Shown: positions 12,700 to 26,206 of the stretch, piece after piece
How the letters are laid out: each line of letters opens with the position of its first letter
Numbering within the stretch: the stretch's first letter is position 1
Source: Lytechinus pictus
Lineage: Eukaryota
Length of the DNA: 64,000 nucleotides
Assembly (NCBI RefSeq): GCF_037042905.1
Contig: NC_087251.1
Coordinates: 310,001 to 374,000 of the forward strand
Direction: 5' to 3'
Notes under the pieces: generated by a model
Seen by the model: only the letters and a program-made list of their open reading frames with translations
Database searches by the model: none
What the model was told of the DNA's origin: nothing
Translations under genes and position numbers: made by a program

Positions 12700-13925
12700 C
12701 AAACTCTCCACCTCTGTCTACCACAAGCCCACTCATACAGACCAATACATACCATATGATTCTCATCACGACAATCGGTCAAGAAGGGTCTTGTTAAATG
12801 CCTGTTCGACAGAGCAGCACGTATTATAACTCACCCACCTGAACTCCCGAAAGAAAGAGCACACATACGTGGCGCCTTGTACAGCAACGGCTACCCACGC
12901 CGTTTTATCAAGAACACTTTCAAGAAAAAACAACCACCAAGGGATCAGAAGGTTTTCAAGACTTGCACAGTCTTGCCATACATAGAGGGCCTTTCACAAC
13001 AACTTAAACGCCGATTAGAAGGTCACGGTTTTCCGCTCGGACACCACCTTACACAAACAGCTTGTACACCCCAAAGACCCTATCCCTGATCACAGACGTG
13101 ATGGCGTAGTATACAACATTCCTTGCCAGGGATGTGACGGGTCTTACATCGGAGAAACAGCCCGACCGATAGTTGAACGCATTTCTGAACACAAGCGCGA
13201 TGTTCGGTTACAGCGAACCGACACATCCGCAGTGGCAGAACATGCTTGGGAGAAGCAACACCACCCAGATTGGGAGGGTGTACATTGCATTGCCAAAGAG
13301 AGACATTGGTATACACGCAGGATTAAGGAGGCTATTAGTATACGTCTTTGTCCTAACAACTTCAACAGAGACAGCGGGATCGACATCCCCGACTTCTGGA
13401 TGCGAACCATCCGACAGCACAATACCCCCTTACCTGGCAGTGCACGCCGACCCGATCGTTCCCGGCCCCGAACGAGGGACCGATCAGCTAGTCAACCCCC
13501 GCCCACGGGAAACTAGCGAGCCCGCCAATTTGGTCTAATTTGCATATTGCCGACCCACGGCGTATTTGCATATACCCCCGGCTTATTTGCATATACGGAT
13601 TACCGGCCGCACCGCACACCGACGCAACGGATCAATGCCCACCTATTGTTCTCGCGTTCGTGCGTACGGTCCTGGAGATTAGTATAAATAGAGTACGTTA
13701 TCAGATTATTTTCGTCACTTGATAAAGAGTTGCAGCGGCACTCGAAAGCTCGTGAACTTGTAAGCTAGTGAACACTTTTTGCGAGAGTGATCACGAATTT
13801 CCTAGAAAGCCAGTGAACACTTTTTACGAGAGTGATCACAAATTTCCTTGTTGACCATAGTAGATTACGAGACAAATGAATACCCTCTAGCGATTATTTC
13901 AATCCGCAATAATGAACCTATTTAG
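12700..13925 (+). mobile_element. 5'-truncated Penelope-like retroelement: RT C-terminus, GIY-YIG endonuclease, pseudo-LTR
   Basis: VYHKPTHTDQY, NGYP, LPYIEGLS, GVVYNIPCQGCDGSYIGET, R..EH, SAVAEH, KEAISI...NRDSG; frameshifted; pLTR ~13540-13925 is shared with 29313-29760. Confidence 0.93.
13715..13755 (+). ncRNA. Minimal type I hammerhead ribozyme, core variant
   Basis: TCAC-TTGATAA-A-GAGTTGCAGCGGCACTC-GAAA-GC-TC-GTGA: stem I TCAC/GTGA, stem II GAG.TGC/GCACTC, GAAA core, palindromic AAGCT helix III. Confidence 0.75.
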
Positions 13926-14279
13926 TAAGATATATTTTACTTATAATTGACAAAATTGTTCCTACCATATTCTTTTCTTCATTCTCTTTTCCATCAGTCC
14001 ATTTTCAATTGAAAGTGTAGGTCTATCCAAAAAGTTTCAATTCAGCACAAAAGTTGAAAACCTAATTGAATTTATCATAAATCCAGCATACATGTAGCTA
14101 CCGCACCTGATTCCTATCCAAGTCAGTAGAATGGTACAGATTTGTAGACATATTATGGAAATATCTCAGGTTATTCTGAACGATATCTGTCGTTACAAAT
14201 ATATACAAAAGGTACTGTCACAAGCTAAGGTCGATAGAATAGTGCAACAAATGCACTATGAATTCTTCTATTCTACATG

Positions 14280-17200
14280 TCTGTGACCAAACAACCAGTC
14301 TGTTCATTAACATGTCCATTGATCCAAAATGACCTTTGACCACGATCATGTGGCCTAAGACGTGCGCAAAACAATCATTCATACTTGATTACCCTATGTC
14401 TATGTTTCATGAAAGCATGCGTAGATCCATAAACTTTCGAAGTTATGATGCCAATTTAACATACTCCTAACACGTCCATAATTCATTTACCTTAAGGACG
14501 TTCCACAGTTAAAATGAAGTCCATGTCATTTTCACCAAATTTTGCACAGAGTTACTTTGGTATCTATGCATTATGAAAATGCAAAAACTAATATAGGTTC
14601 ATGTGCTTATTTTTTTCTACGGGACTTCAAAGTCGTGGTATTTGAATGATATGAAATGTTGCGCAATCATGAGAATTATGCCTCTCTTAGACCTCACGAA
14701 TTCACCAAATGAGTTTAAATCATCTTTACTCAAATTTTCAAGATATATAACAAAGTGTATTACAAAGTAAGAAAGTCTTTTAATTCGTAAAACTATATCT
14801 ATTTAGAGTCAGCAGCGCCCTCATTTGGCAAGAATGGTGCAAAAGCTAGGAAAAAACCAATCTTCAAAGACGTGAATCTACTCAAAAATTTAAAAAAAGT
14901 ATTTTATAAGCTGCACTTTTTTCAAAATCCATGTCATTTTTATCAACTTCGGCTAAACTGTAGAGGAATGTATATGGAAGATGTAGGGAAGTTAAAAATA
15001 TGGGGTCCATGTGCTCATTCTTTAACTATGAGTGTCAAAAGTGTTGCGACTTTGCATGAAATTCACCTAAAATGCGCCGAAAACATGCAAAAGTCTCATA
15101 ACACCGTCTGAAATGAAAAGGGTTCCCGTATTTCTCTCCCAAACATTCAAAATCCATGTCATTTTCATAATACTCTCTAAATTTATAGAGGAATATATTC
15201 TAAAGCCATTAAAATATTAAAAATATGGGGTCCATGTGCTCATTTTTAAACTATCAGTGTCCAAAGTATTGCGAGTTGGCTTGAAAATATTGAAATCCAC
15301 CTAAAGAGCACCGAAAATGTGCAAAAGTCTAATAATACCATCTAAAATGCGAATGGTTCCGTAGTTTTGCTCCCAAACATTCAAAATCCATGTCATTTTC
15401 ATCATAATTTCTAAATTTGTAGAGGAATATATTCTAAAGCCGTTAAAATATTAAAAATATGACGTCCATGTGCTCGTTTTTAAGTTAACAGTGTCCAAAA
15501 TGTTCCGAGTTTGCTTGGAAATCGCCTAAAATGCGCCGAAAACATGCAAAAGTCTCTTAATACCCTTAACAATGCAAATGGTTCTATATTTCGTTCCCAA
15601 ACATTCAAAATCCATGTCATTTTCATCATACTCTCTAGATTTGTAGAGGAATATTTTCTGAAGGCGTTAAAATATTAAAAATATGGGGTTCATGTGCTCG
15701 TTTTTAAACTATCAGTGTCCAAAGTATTGCGAGTTGGCTTGAAAATATTGAAATCCTTAAGTGCAACGAAAACGTGCAAAAGTCTAATAATACCGTCTAA
15801 AATGCGAATGGTTCCGTAGTTTTGCTCCCAAACATTCAAAATCCATGTCATTTTCATCATACTCTCTAGATTTGAAGAGAAATGTATTCTAAAGACGTCA
15901 AAACATTAAAAATAGTGGGTCCATGTGCTCGTTTTTAACTATCAGTGTCTAAACTGTTGCGAGTTGGTTTGAAACAGCCAAAAATGCACCCGCGAAAACA
16001 AGCATAAGTCTGATAATACCGTCCAAAATGTCTAAAATACGAATGGTTCCTGAGTCCTGCTCCCAAACATTCAAAATCCATGTCATTTTCATCATACTCT
16101 CTAGATTTGTAGAGGAATATATTCTAAAGAAGTTAAGACATTTAAACTATGGGGTCCATGTGCTCGTTTTCAAATTATCAGTGTCCAAAGTATTGCAAGT
16201 TGGCTTGAAACAGCCAAAAATGCGCCGAAAAACAAGCATAAGTTTGTTAATACCGCCTAAAATGCGAATGGTTCCGTAGTCTTGCTCCCAAACATTGAAA
16301 ATCCATGTCATTTTCATCATACTTTGCACATAGATATTATAGCACCTGAATATTTCAAATATGCAAAAATCAACATGGGTCCATGTGCTTTATTTTTTGC
16401 TATAGAGCTTCAAAGTTAACCGAAATGGATGTTCTTAAGAATTGCGCATTCAAAAGAATTTGGCATTTTTAGACCTCACGAGATCACAACAATGAGTTTA
16501 ATGCTTTATTACTCAGTCAAAATCCATAAAAATTTCATCAAATTGTATCCTTAAGATGGATAATCTATTTATATTGCTTACAATATTGTTTGCTCATTTA
16601 AGTCTAACAGTACTCTCAGTTCTTAGAAATTGTGGGAAAGATATCAAAAATGTGAAATTTCAATAACAAACTTGAGCAGTAAAAGAAATGCTGCACTTTA
16701 TTCAAAACCCATGTCATTTTCACCAAACTTTACAAAGTTTTAGAGGAAGGTATACCTAAGAGGTGCAAACATTAAAAGATATGGGTTCATGTGCTTGTTT
16801 TCAAACTATCAGCACTCTTATTAGAGCAAATGTGCTTCTTAAAACACCCCCAAAATGCGCCAAAACTTTGTATCTATGTGAGGAAAAATTTCGAACCACT
16901 CTACCATTTATTCAAATATTCATCATACTTTGCAGCACTACAGAGAAAAGTATTTTGACATTTTAGAGGAATAAAAAAAAATGGTCCATGGAATAATTCC
17001 AGTTTATTAGCTTCATAAAATAACACATCGGATCTGCAGTTAGTGCAGATAAGGAGAAAATTCAGCTCACAATACCTACAGCTGATTAATCACCAGTTCA
17101 TCCATTGTGATGTCAGCGCGCAGAGTGTAAAATATGCGCAGATCATGATGCGCACAAACATAACTGTGGAACGTCCTTAAATGACCTTTGATCTTGGTCA

Positions 17201-17745
17201 TGTGACCTGAAACACGCAAAAGATATTCAGAGATACATGGTTACTCTTATGTCCATGATTCATGAACTAGATCCATTATAATTTCAAAGTTATGATGACA
17301 ATTCCACAAATACCCCGAACATGGCCGAAATTCATTGTCCCTAAGTGACCTTTGTCATGTGACCTGAAACTCAGACAGGTTCTTCAGTAATTCACTATTA
17401 CCCTATGCCTAGGTTTCATGAACTAGGTCCATATACTTTCTAAGTTATGAAGACATTTCAAAAACTTAACCTTAGGTTAAGATTTTGAACATGGTCAAAG
17501 TTCATTGACCCTAAATGACCTATGACCTTGGTCATTTGACCTGAAACTCAAGCAGGATGTTCAGTAATACATGTACTTGATTACCCTTATGTTCAAGTTT
17601 TATGAAAAAGGTCCATATACTTTCTAAGTTATGATGACATTTCAAAAATTCAAGCTTGGTTAAGATTTCAATATTGACAACGCTACTGCCGTCGCAAAAG
17701 TGGCGCCTACATAAGTCTCGCTCTGCTATTCTGACGAGACAAAAA
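14280..17745 (+). mobile_element. HINE/pearl-type element split by the 14496-17176 insertion
   Basis: Tandem cores (ATGACCTTTGA...CATGTGACCTGAAAC) on both sides; 3' GTCTCG...CGAGAC stem then AAAAA. Confidence 0.7.
14496..17176. mobile_element. Kolobok-like non-autonomous element with an internal ~230-bp tandem array
   Basis: TTAA TSD; perfect 16-bp TIR GGACGTTCCACAGTTA; AAAATCCATGTCATTTT unit starts near 14925, 15148, 15383, 15607, 15838, 16073, 16298. Confidence 0.88.
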
Positions 17746-18025
17746 TGTGACATAAGAATATTAAGAATTTCCATCAAGAGTGTTCATTGTAGGTCTAAGT
17801 AATTCCGCACTCAAACCAGGTGAGGTTAACTGGAACCTGGAAGGTTGACTTCCAAGCGCCTTTAGGAGGTGGAGCAAAAGTTGGTACTATTGAACTTAAC
17901 AGCTCTAGAATCTATGATTACATGCGTTGCTTTTCATTAAATTTTACTTTGCCTACGGTAATCTAATTGGTTCAAGATAACATGTACATGTAGAGCTCTT
18001 CATTTGTATGCCTAGTTTAACCAAT

Positions 18026-18752
18026 CAGTCCTTCACGTTTATAATTTCGTGGAGCTCAATAAATCGTTCTCCTTATTTTTTCGAGGAGCTCAATTGAGCT
18101 CCTCAGAATCGCTCTCCTTGAGGAGCTCAAATCAATTCAATACAATATATGTATGATAAATTGTAGATTTTTCTTAAAATTGTAAATGCAATAGCTGTGT
18201 AGCTATTAAACAATATGTGGTGAAACTATGCCTTGGTTAATACGTTTACAAAATATTGCGCTCCTGCTCAAAAAAAAAATTGCTAAAATTTCACATTTTA
18301 CATCTTTAAATCCATGAAATGGCCATCTATTTTCCATAATTCCTTGAAAATATTTTGATTAAGTTGAAAACTATCAGTAAAATGAAGAATATTCAGTTCT
18401 TTTTAAACTCTGATCGATGTTACAATCGGTATATATTGTAGTCCCACATGTAGACTTCCACGGAGTATTTTTTTCAACACATGATAGTCTACATATGGGA
18501 CTACAATATTTACCGAGTTTAAAATCAAATCAGAGTTCGGAAAGAGGTATTTTTTCTTCATTTTTCAACTAAATCAAAATAATTTCAAGGAATTATGGAA
18601 AACAGATGCCTATTTCATGAATGTAAAATGTGAAATTTCAGCAACTTTTTGTGAAGGTTTTTTTTAGGAGCTCGATATTCTGTTCTCCTTATTTTTTTTA
18701 GGAGCGCGGTAGGAGCGCCCGCGCAATCGCGCTCCTCAAAAATGAAGGTCTG
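18026..18752. mobile_element. Palindromic hAT-like MITE
   Basis: CAGTCCTTCA / TGAAGGTCTG termini, GGAGCTC/GGAGCGC subterminal repeats, internal inverted arms ~18270-18460 vs ~18485-18650; TSD not clean. Confidence 0.65.
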
Positions 18753-19135
18753 ACCAAATTGTTTATTTGATTATGCTATGTACATACATGTATACATGTT
18801 ACATAGTACATGCACATGCATGTTTGATTCTTGTGGAATATAAGATACACTAAACTGAAACTTTACATGAATCTAGTCAACTACTGTAGATGATTGGTGC
18901 CTCATAAATGCTACATATAAAATAGTTTTGTGTCTTTCATACAAGAAAACAAGATAGCTACTTTACTGCTACAATACCAAACTCAATCGATGATCCCACA
19001 GTTTTGGCTGTGTCATTAAATTTTGAAATGCAGCATATGAACATTTATTTTCATCTCTCTTGTTGAATCTACAAGTACTATACACATTCAGAAGATTCAA
19101 AACACTTTAAAAAACAGACAATCTTCAGTACTCAC

Positions 19136-19164
19136 TTTCCCATGTTAAAGAACAAAGGATACAC
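19136..19164 (-). CDS. Candidate 29-nt microexon of an unknown host gene
   Basis: Minus strand CTTTGTTCTCAG|GTGTATCCTTTGTTCTTTAACATGGGAAA|GTGAGT: good acceptor and consensus donor in a non-repetitive island. Confidence 0.3.
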
Positions 19165-20277
19165 CTGAGAACAAAGCCGATACGATTCCTTTCAAATTGC
19201 TATTCCATGTGGATTCTCACTTGAATGCAACCATCCTTCCAATCTAACAAAAATAAGCCTTGAATCCTAATACTGCAAATGAACTCTCTCAAATTAGTAC
19301 ATGTGCCTGTCCCTCTCTACGATGCCCTTGAGCCAATCATCACAGGCTAATGCCATAAACACCAGCTTAAGCTTTACGCTTTGATTTGCCTTGGGCCTGT
19401 GCATCATATCCTGGTCTAGTCTGTTGTGTGTCACCTTCTTGTGGGAAGGTATATAATCTCAAAAGATGGCACGCTCGGCTTCCCCCAACTTTAGTCAAAT
19501 ACCTTCAAAATCATTCAACTTCCTTCATTAGGGATGACACCCATAAAGTTTGTCACAAGAGAGTCAACCATAAAAACTGTGGCCCTTTTATAAAGTACAT
19601 GTATACTACAAAAGTCATTACCTCTTGGTCACATGTCATGAACTGGTAGCCCAACCAAAAAGGGTGGTGGAATAAAATGTTGACAGCAAAAACCAGCAAA
19701 AATACGTTGTAGATCAGAAATCCCAAGTCCAATCAGCCTAGTTGATATCTCATTTTAAAGCTTAACAATAGAGCTAAAAGATTGCAAAATATTATTTCAG
19801 ACAAATGTATTGCTGTAGACAAGCGTGGCCAAATTATTTCCAAACACCCCCTCAACGAGTTTTTCTCTGTCTGCAAGATAGCCCCCTAAACAAGTTTTTT
19901 CGCGGGCTTTATTTACACATTTTGGCCCCTAAACAATTTGTCGCCAGATATGACCCCAGGGAAAAAAATTGGGAAAAAAACATACCCTAAACAACGTTTG
20001 GCTAGTCTTACAAAAAAAGGTTTGGAAAAAAAACATACCCTAAATACGTTTGACCCTGCAATCGACCATTGACCAGTCTTTCAAAACTACCCCTTTTTTG
20101 AAAATCTGTGTTTTTGATACCCTTAACGAGTGCATGCGCGGCCCGCCTGCAAAACTGAAAAAAACACCCCTTTAAACATGTTTTTTTGGTCACGCGTGTG
20201 TACAGCAATATATTCGACAGGCTGAAATATATTTTTTCTGAATATTATGCCATATAATATAATTGGATTTTTTTTAA

Positions 20278-20862
20278 AGGACAAGTCCACCCCAACAAAA
20301 AGTTGTTTTTGATAAAGAAAATAAAGCAAAAAGTATAACACTGAAAACTTCATCAAAATCGGATGTAAAATAAGAAAGTTATTACATTTTAAAGTTTCGC
20401 TTTATTTCACAAAACATTTATATGCATATCATGATCGGAATGCAAATGAGGAGACTGATGACGTCATCCACTTACTATTTCTTTTGTATCTTATACATAA
20501 TATATGAAATATGAAACATTCTAATTTTCTCCTCATTGTCAAGTGAAACAATTAATTTTCCCCTCATGTGGAATTAGTATGGTTCAGTCAAGTTGGTCCT
20601 TATATTGTCAAATCTGCAAAAATGAAATATTGTATAATTCAAACAATAATAACAAAAGAAATAGTGAGTGAGGTACATCATCGTTTGTCTCATTTGCATG
20701 TCACTGAGTTGTGCATATCACTGTTTTGTGAAAAATAAGCGAAATTTTAAAATGTCATAATTTTCTTATTCACATCCAATTTCGATGAAATTTTTAGTTT
20801 TATGCTTGTTTGATTTTTCTCTATTTATTCAAATGAACATTTTTCTGGGTTGGACTTGACCT
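20278..20862. mobile_element. Kolobok-like palindromic MITE
   Basis: TTAA|AGGACAAGTCCA ... TGGACTTGACCT|TTAA with long imperfect arms. Confidence 0.8.
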
Positions 20863-21146
20863 TTAAAGATAAAAAAGTCTAAATTTTTGCTCGCTCACAA
20901 CTTTTTTTTTAATTTTGCCCGATACGCCATATCTAGCCCCTTCAAAATCTTTGGCTCATCATGCCACTGATATGTTTCATTACAATTCTATGCAAATGCT
21001 ATTAGAATACGCTATTTCTCCTAATAATTCCATTGTTTTATATGGCTTTGTGGAAATTGTTGGGGGTCTAGAATTATTTCATTAATATGCAATTTTATTC
21101 AAAATCACAAAAAAACTGCAAGCTCTCTTCTTTTTCTCCTAATTAT

Positions 21147-21410
21147 CAGTGGCGTAATGAGCCAAAAAATTTGAGGGGGTCAGATATGTCGTATCGGGCC
21201 AAAAAATTGTGAGCGAGCAAAAAAATTTCAATATTTTCATTTTAAAAAAAATCAAATTTTGTATCAGATTTTGACATAAAATATTCAGAAAATGATATAT
21301 TTCACCTTTCTCTCTTTTTCTTTTCTTTTCTTTTTTCTTATTCGTCATTTTTTTTGGTGGGGGAGCGCCCCAAGCCCCCCCCCCCCCCCTCTCTGTGCAC
21401 TTCTACCAAT
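21147..21410 (+). mobile_element. CAGTGGCGTA-type MITE
   Basis: CAGTGGCGTAATGAGCCAAA terminus; complementary end type TTTGGCTCATCATGCCACTG at ~20950-20969. Confidence 0.6.
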
Positions 21411-21609
21411 AGTCTATGAATATTATATTGTTTTTATTATTTGATAAACAATTTTCATAGAAATGACTGGTTCAGAAAACTATTAAACACAGCCTTTCGT
21501 GAAAAGCTCCCCCCCCCCCCCCCCGTTGTCCCAAAAAGGTGCGTTTATTTGACTTCCCTCCCTCAATCCACCCTTTCGAGAAAACCGGGGAAAGGTTGCG
21601 GCCATCCAC

Positions 21610-23130
21610 GCTCCATCCCCGCTCCGCGAACGCAGACGATCGTAACAAGCAAAGAATCTTGAGCAATGTGGATGGTATGTTAACATCTGCACCATTGACT
21701 TCACCAAAGCATTTGACCTTGTGAACCATTCCAAGGTCATTGAGAAGTTGATCCAACTAGGAATTAATCCTTCAATTATTCCGACTGTTTGTAGTTTTCT
21801 GTCCGATCGTCATCAGGTAGGGGCAGACATCAAGCCAGATGAGCCTGTCATGCGGAGTGCCTCAGGGTATTAAGTTGGGGCCGATCCTTTTCCTTGCTCT
21901 AGTTAACAACGCTGCCATATCTACATCATAGAGATGAAAGTGTATCGATGATTTGAGTCTGGTAGAAGTATTATCTAGGAACCAACACAGTACCATACAG
22001 GATCACGTTGGTGAGCAAGGGGAATGGTGTGCCCTAAATGACGTCACGTCGAAGCCTGAGAAATGTAAAGTTATGCAGGTTTCTTTCTTAAAGAATCCTC
22101 CTTCTCCCATGCTGGAGCCAGGATATCACCATCGCAGACACTCACTCATCTTGAACGTGTTGATTTTCTGATACTCCTTGGTGTAGCAATTCGCTCAGAT
22201 CTGGAATGGGACAATCAGGTCCAACAGATGACCTCACGGGCTTCGCGGAGACTGTACATTCTGTGTGTTCTCAAGAAATTTGGAATTAACGAGAATGATC
22301 TTGTGACCATCTATAAGACCTCCATCCGTCCTCTTGTGCAGTTTGGTTTACGAAAAAGCAGAGTGATGCAATCCAACGGATTAAAAAACGTGCTCTTTGC
22401 TTCATTATGTACCCATCTACCCTATCATATGCACAATGGCTTATTCTTTTCAAATTGCCTATGTTGTGTGACCGCAGGAATGATCTTCTCCATTTTGGAC
22501 GCGGTCTCCTAAAATTGCATCGCCATTGTGACATGCTACCAGCCACTCATCAAAACATCTCTAACCGTAGTTCTGCATTAAGGAATACCCATCGTCTTCA
22601 CTTGCCATGTTGCAAAACTCAATGTTACATGATCTCTGCCATTCCATCCTTAACAAGAATGCTAAATTCCACTGTGTAATTTCTTATTTTGTTCATTTTT
22701 AATGTTTCAAATGAATGTTGATATCATTTTGTCTCTTATATAATTGAACTTGTTAACTCATATACTCTTACCATCAACTTCATTTTGATTCATATACTGT
22801 ATACCCCCTCCCCCCCTGCCCCCATAATCATTTTTCAATGCTGATAGCAACCTCTATCGGTGTTTCGGGCTATCACTGACCAAAACATATTATCTCTATT
22901 CATAAATTTTTTTTTTTTCACGGCTAGCAAGCATAGTTCTGCTAGGCAACAATTTACCTCTAAAATAACTAAGCTATAAACTCAACTGCTGTAGACTTTT
23001 GGTACACTTTATGTTTATGTTTTACTTCTTACCTGGCTACATATGAAACATGTGTATGATTAATAAAGATAATAATAATGACTTGGAAATTATAACATAA
23101 ATTGGTAACGATAATAATAAAATAATAATA
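21610..23130 (+). mobile_element. Heavily decayed CR1/L2-group LINE 3' part
   Basis: Frameshifted DFTKAFDLVNH, GVPQG.KLGP, DDLS and RASRRLYIL...IYKT.IRP; (AAT)n tail at ~23060-23130. Confidence 0.8.
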
Positions 23131-23286
23131 CAGATAATGAAACATCAAATATAGTGATAATGATTCTATTTATTTATCATTTCCATTTTACTGTAGTATG
23201 CTTTTGCTTTAAAATTTAGTTTTAACCTATTTTGTAATGTGTTCCCATATGCATTTAGCTAATACTCTGTAGTGCAACATGCCTAA

Positions 23287-24014
23287 GGGTGTGTTTATGC
23301 TTCCATTGCGAGGACAGAATCAGCTTTTTCAAACATCGATTGAAAACGCCGATCGTAAACGTGGTTCTGGGAGTGCTGTTTATGCTTTACTTTTCAGAGG
23401 CGAAGTCACGATCTCCAGCTGGCTTCGCATCGTAATTTTCGTTGAGCAGGAAAGCTAGGTCAAATTGGGCGCGCCCTTTTTCGAAAGTTTTTTTTCCGAG
23501 TGTTGTTATGGGGAAGGTACGTTGACTAGTATATAAACATCGAACAGTTTCCGATATTTTAGTCATTGCATGGAGCTTCTTGATATAGCCATATAATTAA
23601 TATAATTTCCACCATGGTGAGGATAATAGTAAGAAAAAATAAAGAATATTAAGTATACAAAATAATAAAATATCTATTTGTTTATGCTACTGGGGCATCT
23701 GGCGGTGTCTCCTCATTATAACTCATGTTCCAGGGTTTTTTTTTTGTGTAAATCCCTTAACGTTCATTCATCGTGATGATAAATTGGAAGAGTAATACTA
23801 GTAATAGTACTACACATGCAAAACAAGGGATATGAGAGGTAATTCCGTGGAGGTAACATGCGACCATGGAGCAATGCGACTGTATTTGCCCGCGGATTTT
23901 CATCTCACCGGAAGCATGTACCAAATGACGTCATTTAAACACGTTTACGATCGTGGTTCTGTTTATACTCCCCAGAAAGCCTGATTCTGGTCAAACAACG
24001 TTTACAAACACACC
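23287..24014. mobile_element. PIF/Harbinger-like MITE (degenerate)
   Basis: TAA|GGGTGTGTTT ... AAACACACC; inverted CGATCGTAAACGTG / CACGTTTACGATCG. Confidence 0.55.
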
Positions 24015-24111
24015 TTGTACACATGTACAAATTACATTATATTTCATGACTGGCAAGAAAACCTAATTGAAGCAACAAGAAATAAATAGTCAGTACCGGA
24101 ATTCCCTTTTA

Positions 24112-25028
24112 TACCCCTTTCATACTGCGCTTTTCCCCGGTGAACTTCACCAGCGAAGTTCGCCAGCAAAGGGGAAAGTGTCCAGTATGAATGGTACACA
24201 GGAGAACTTCCCCTGCGAAATTCTCCACCTCTAGAGGTGGAGAACTTCACCCGTGAAACTGTTTCCCCGGCGAAGTCCGCCGGTGAAACAGCCAGTATGA
24301 AAGCTAACTGGAGGACATCTCCTCTTTAATGATGTCAGAGGTCATTTTTTTCTCCCAGAAATCCCCTGAACTGAGATTCCACGTGCTAGCTAGCTATTAT
24401 TTCTGTGGCTAAATGTAGAACTAAAAGGCCATGCTTTATGAGCGATTTGATCATTCCACAGACTTAAATACCCTCAAACATACAGTTTTTTTTTTCACTA
24501 ACGATATTTATTATAAATTACATGCTGAAAATGTGCTTAAAATATCAAAATACTTTTTGGTTTTGCTTCTAGTTCTAATATTTCTAGAATATGTTGTAAT
24601 TTATTTTTTACACCTTTTTGTTATCTGTAAGAAGCAATGTTTACGATTTTCTTTTCGTTCTAATTCTGCATGCGCGCACATGCCGAGTGAGCTGATCAGC
24701 AGCAGCAGCTGAGAAGTGTTAACCAGCCGTTATCTCCAAAACTTCGCTGATAAGATTAATTAGGTGTCTGCAATTAATAAGGAGAGTACGATTAAAACCA
24801 AAATCAAAAGCGTGTGCTTTCATTGACACCGGGTCTGCACTTACTTTCGCATGAGCAAATCACCCGTTGACTTTTGCCAGGGAAGAGATGTCAGTGCGAA
24901 GGGTACGTTTTTTTCTTCGCCGGGGAAGTGAGGAATGCGGGCCAGAGAAGTTCGCCGGCGCCAGAGAAGTTCGCCGGCACCGGCGAAGTTCACCAGGTAA
25001 AAATGAAGAGGCCAGTTTGAAAGGGGTA
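24112..25028. mobile_element. PIF/Harbinger-like MITE
   Basis: TIR TACCCCTTTCATACTG / CAGTTTGAAAGGGGTA; 3-bp TSD TTA; subterminal GAAGTTCGCC repeats. Confidence 0.8.
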
Positions 25029-25223
25029 TTACACGTAAACACCAATCTGTGATGGATCAATCACCCATAATGATAAATCATTAATAAGACAACATATGCG
25101 CCATCCTCAGGCTGTAGAGCATGTCAAGGTTTCAATAATAATTGTGATATCTTATTAAACGCAAACCATTCAGAGATGCTCATGGCGCTTGCCCAGAAAC
25201 AGTTCCTTTGGATATATATATAT

Positions 25224-26165
25224 GGGCAAATCCAAGAAAAGGTCACCCGAGAAGGCAAAATTGTATCTTTAATTTAAGATTTATCCTTAGTGGGGTAAGA
25301 AATCCCAAATGTTGCATTGTAAAATTTCATTAAGAAAAATTTGATAATATGCATATTTATGCTAATTTGGGGAACCTTATTTGCATAATTGGTAAAATGG
25401 GCGTTACATATCGGACAATTTAAAAAAACTTATAGAAAATCAAACAAAACTTGTGAGATTTGGTCATAGGTGGGACATGGTCCCCCTAAACATCTTATTA
25501 CGTTTTTGGGGAAAAAAGTGGTGTCATCTAATTAAATATGCAAATTAGGTCTTCTCCAAGGATTGAATGTCCCATTTTGAGAATGTTTTTTTAAGTTATT
25601 TCTCATAATGCAATACTTGTATTGTTGCATCTCTGGGAAGTTCTAATTTATTAAGTATGAAAACGTTATACCACAAAAAGATTCAAAAATGTAGTTTACT
25701 TTTTAATTAAAAGTTGATTACAAAATTGTTACATATGGGACAACATGTTACGTATAGCACATTTACACACAATGTCAATGGGGAGATTTGTGTACAAAGT
25801 GAATGGAGAAAAACAAATTTCAAGAGTGCTCTAAAAAATGATTTACCATTTCTTTAGTTTTCAAAGACTGATTTGTTATGATTACTGATTAATGAAAACA
25901 AGCAAAGCTAAAAACAATTGTGAAAATGGAAAATAAATGAAAAAAATAAAAAACAATAGAAATACATAAGAAATTCATGAAACCATGAAAAACAAGAAAA
26001 GAAAATTGTTGAAATGGCTGATTTCCTTTCAGTCATATCAAAAGTGTCTCAATAAAACATTTTAAAAGAATTTTTTTTTGTTATTTCCATATTTTAAATT
26101 CCAATTTTTTTAATTACCGTAAGTAACGGTGTATTAACCGCACCCGTGTATTAACCGCACCCCCA

Positions 26166-26206
<41 letters not shown>

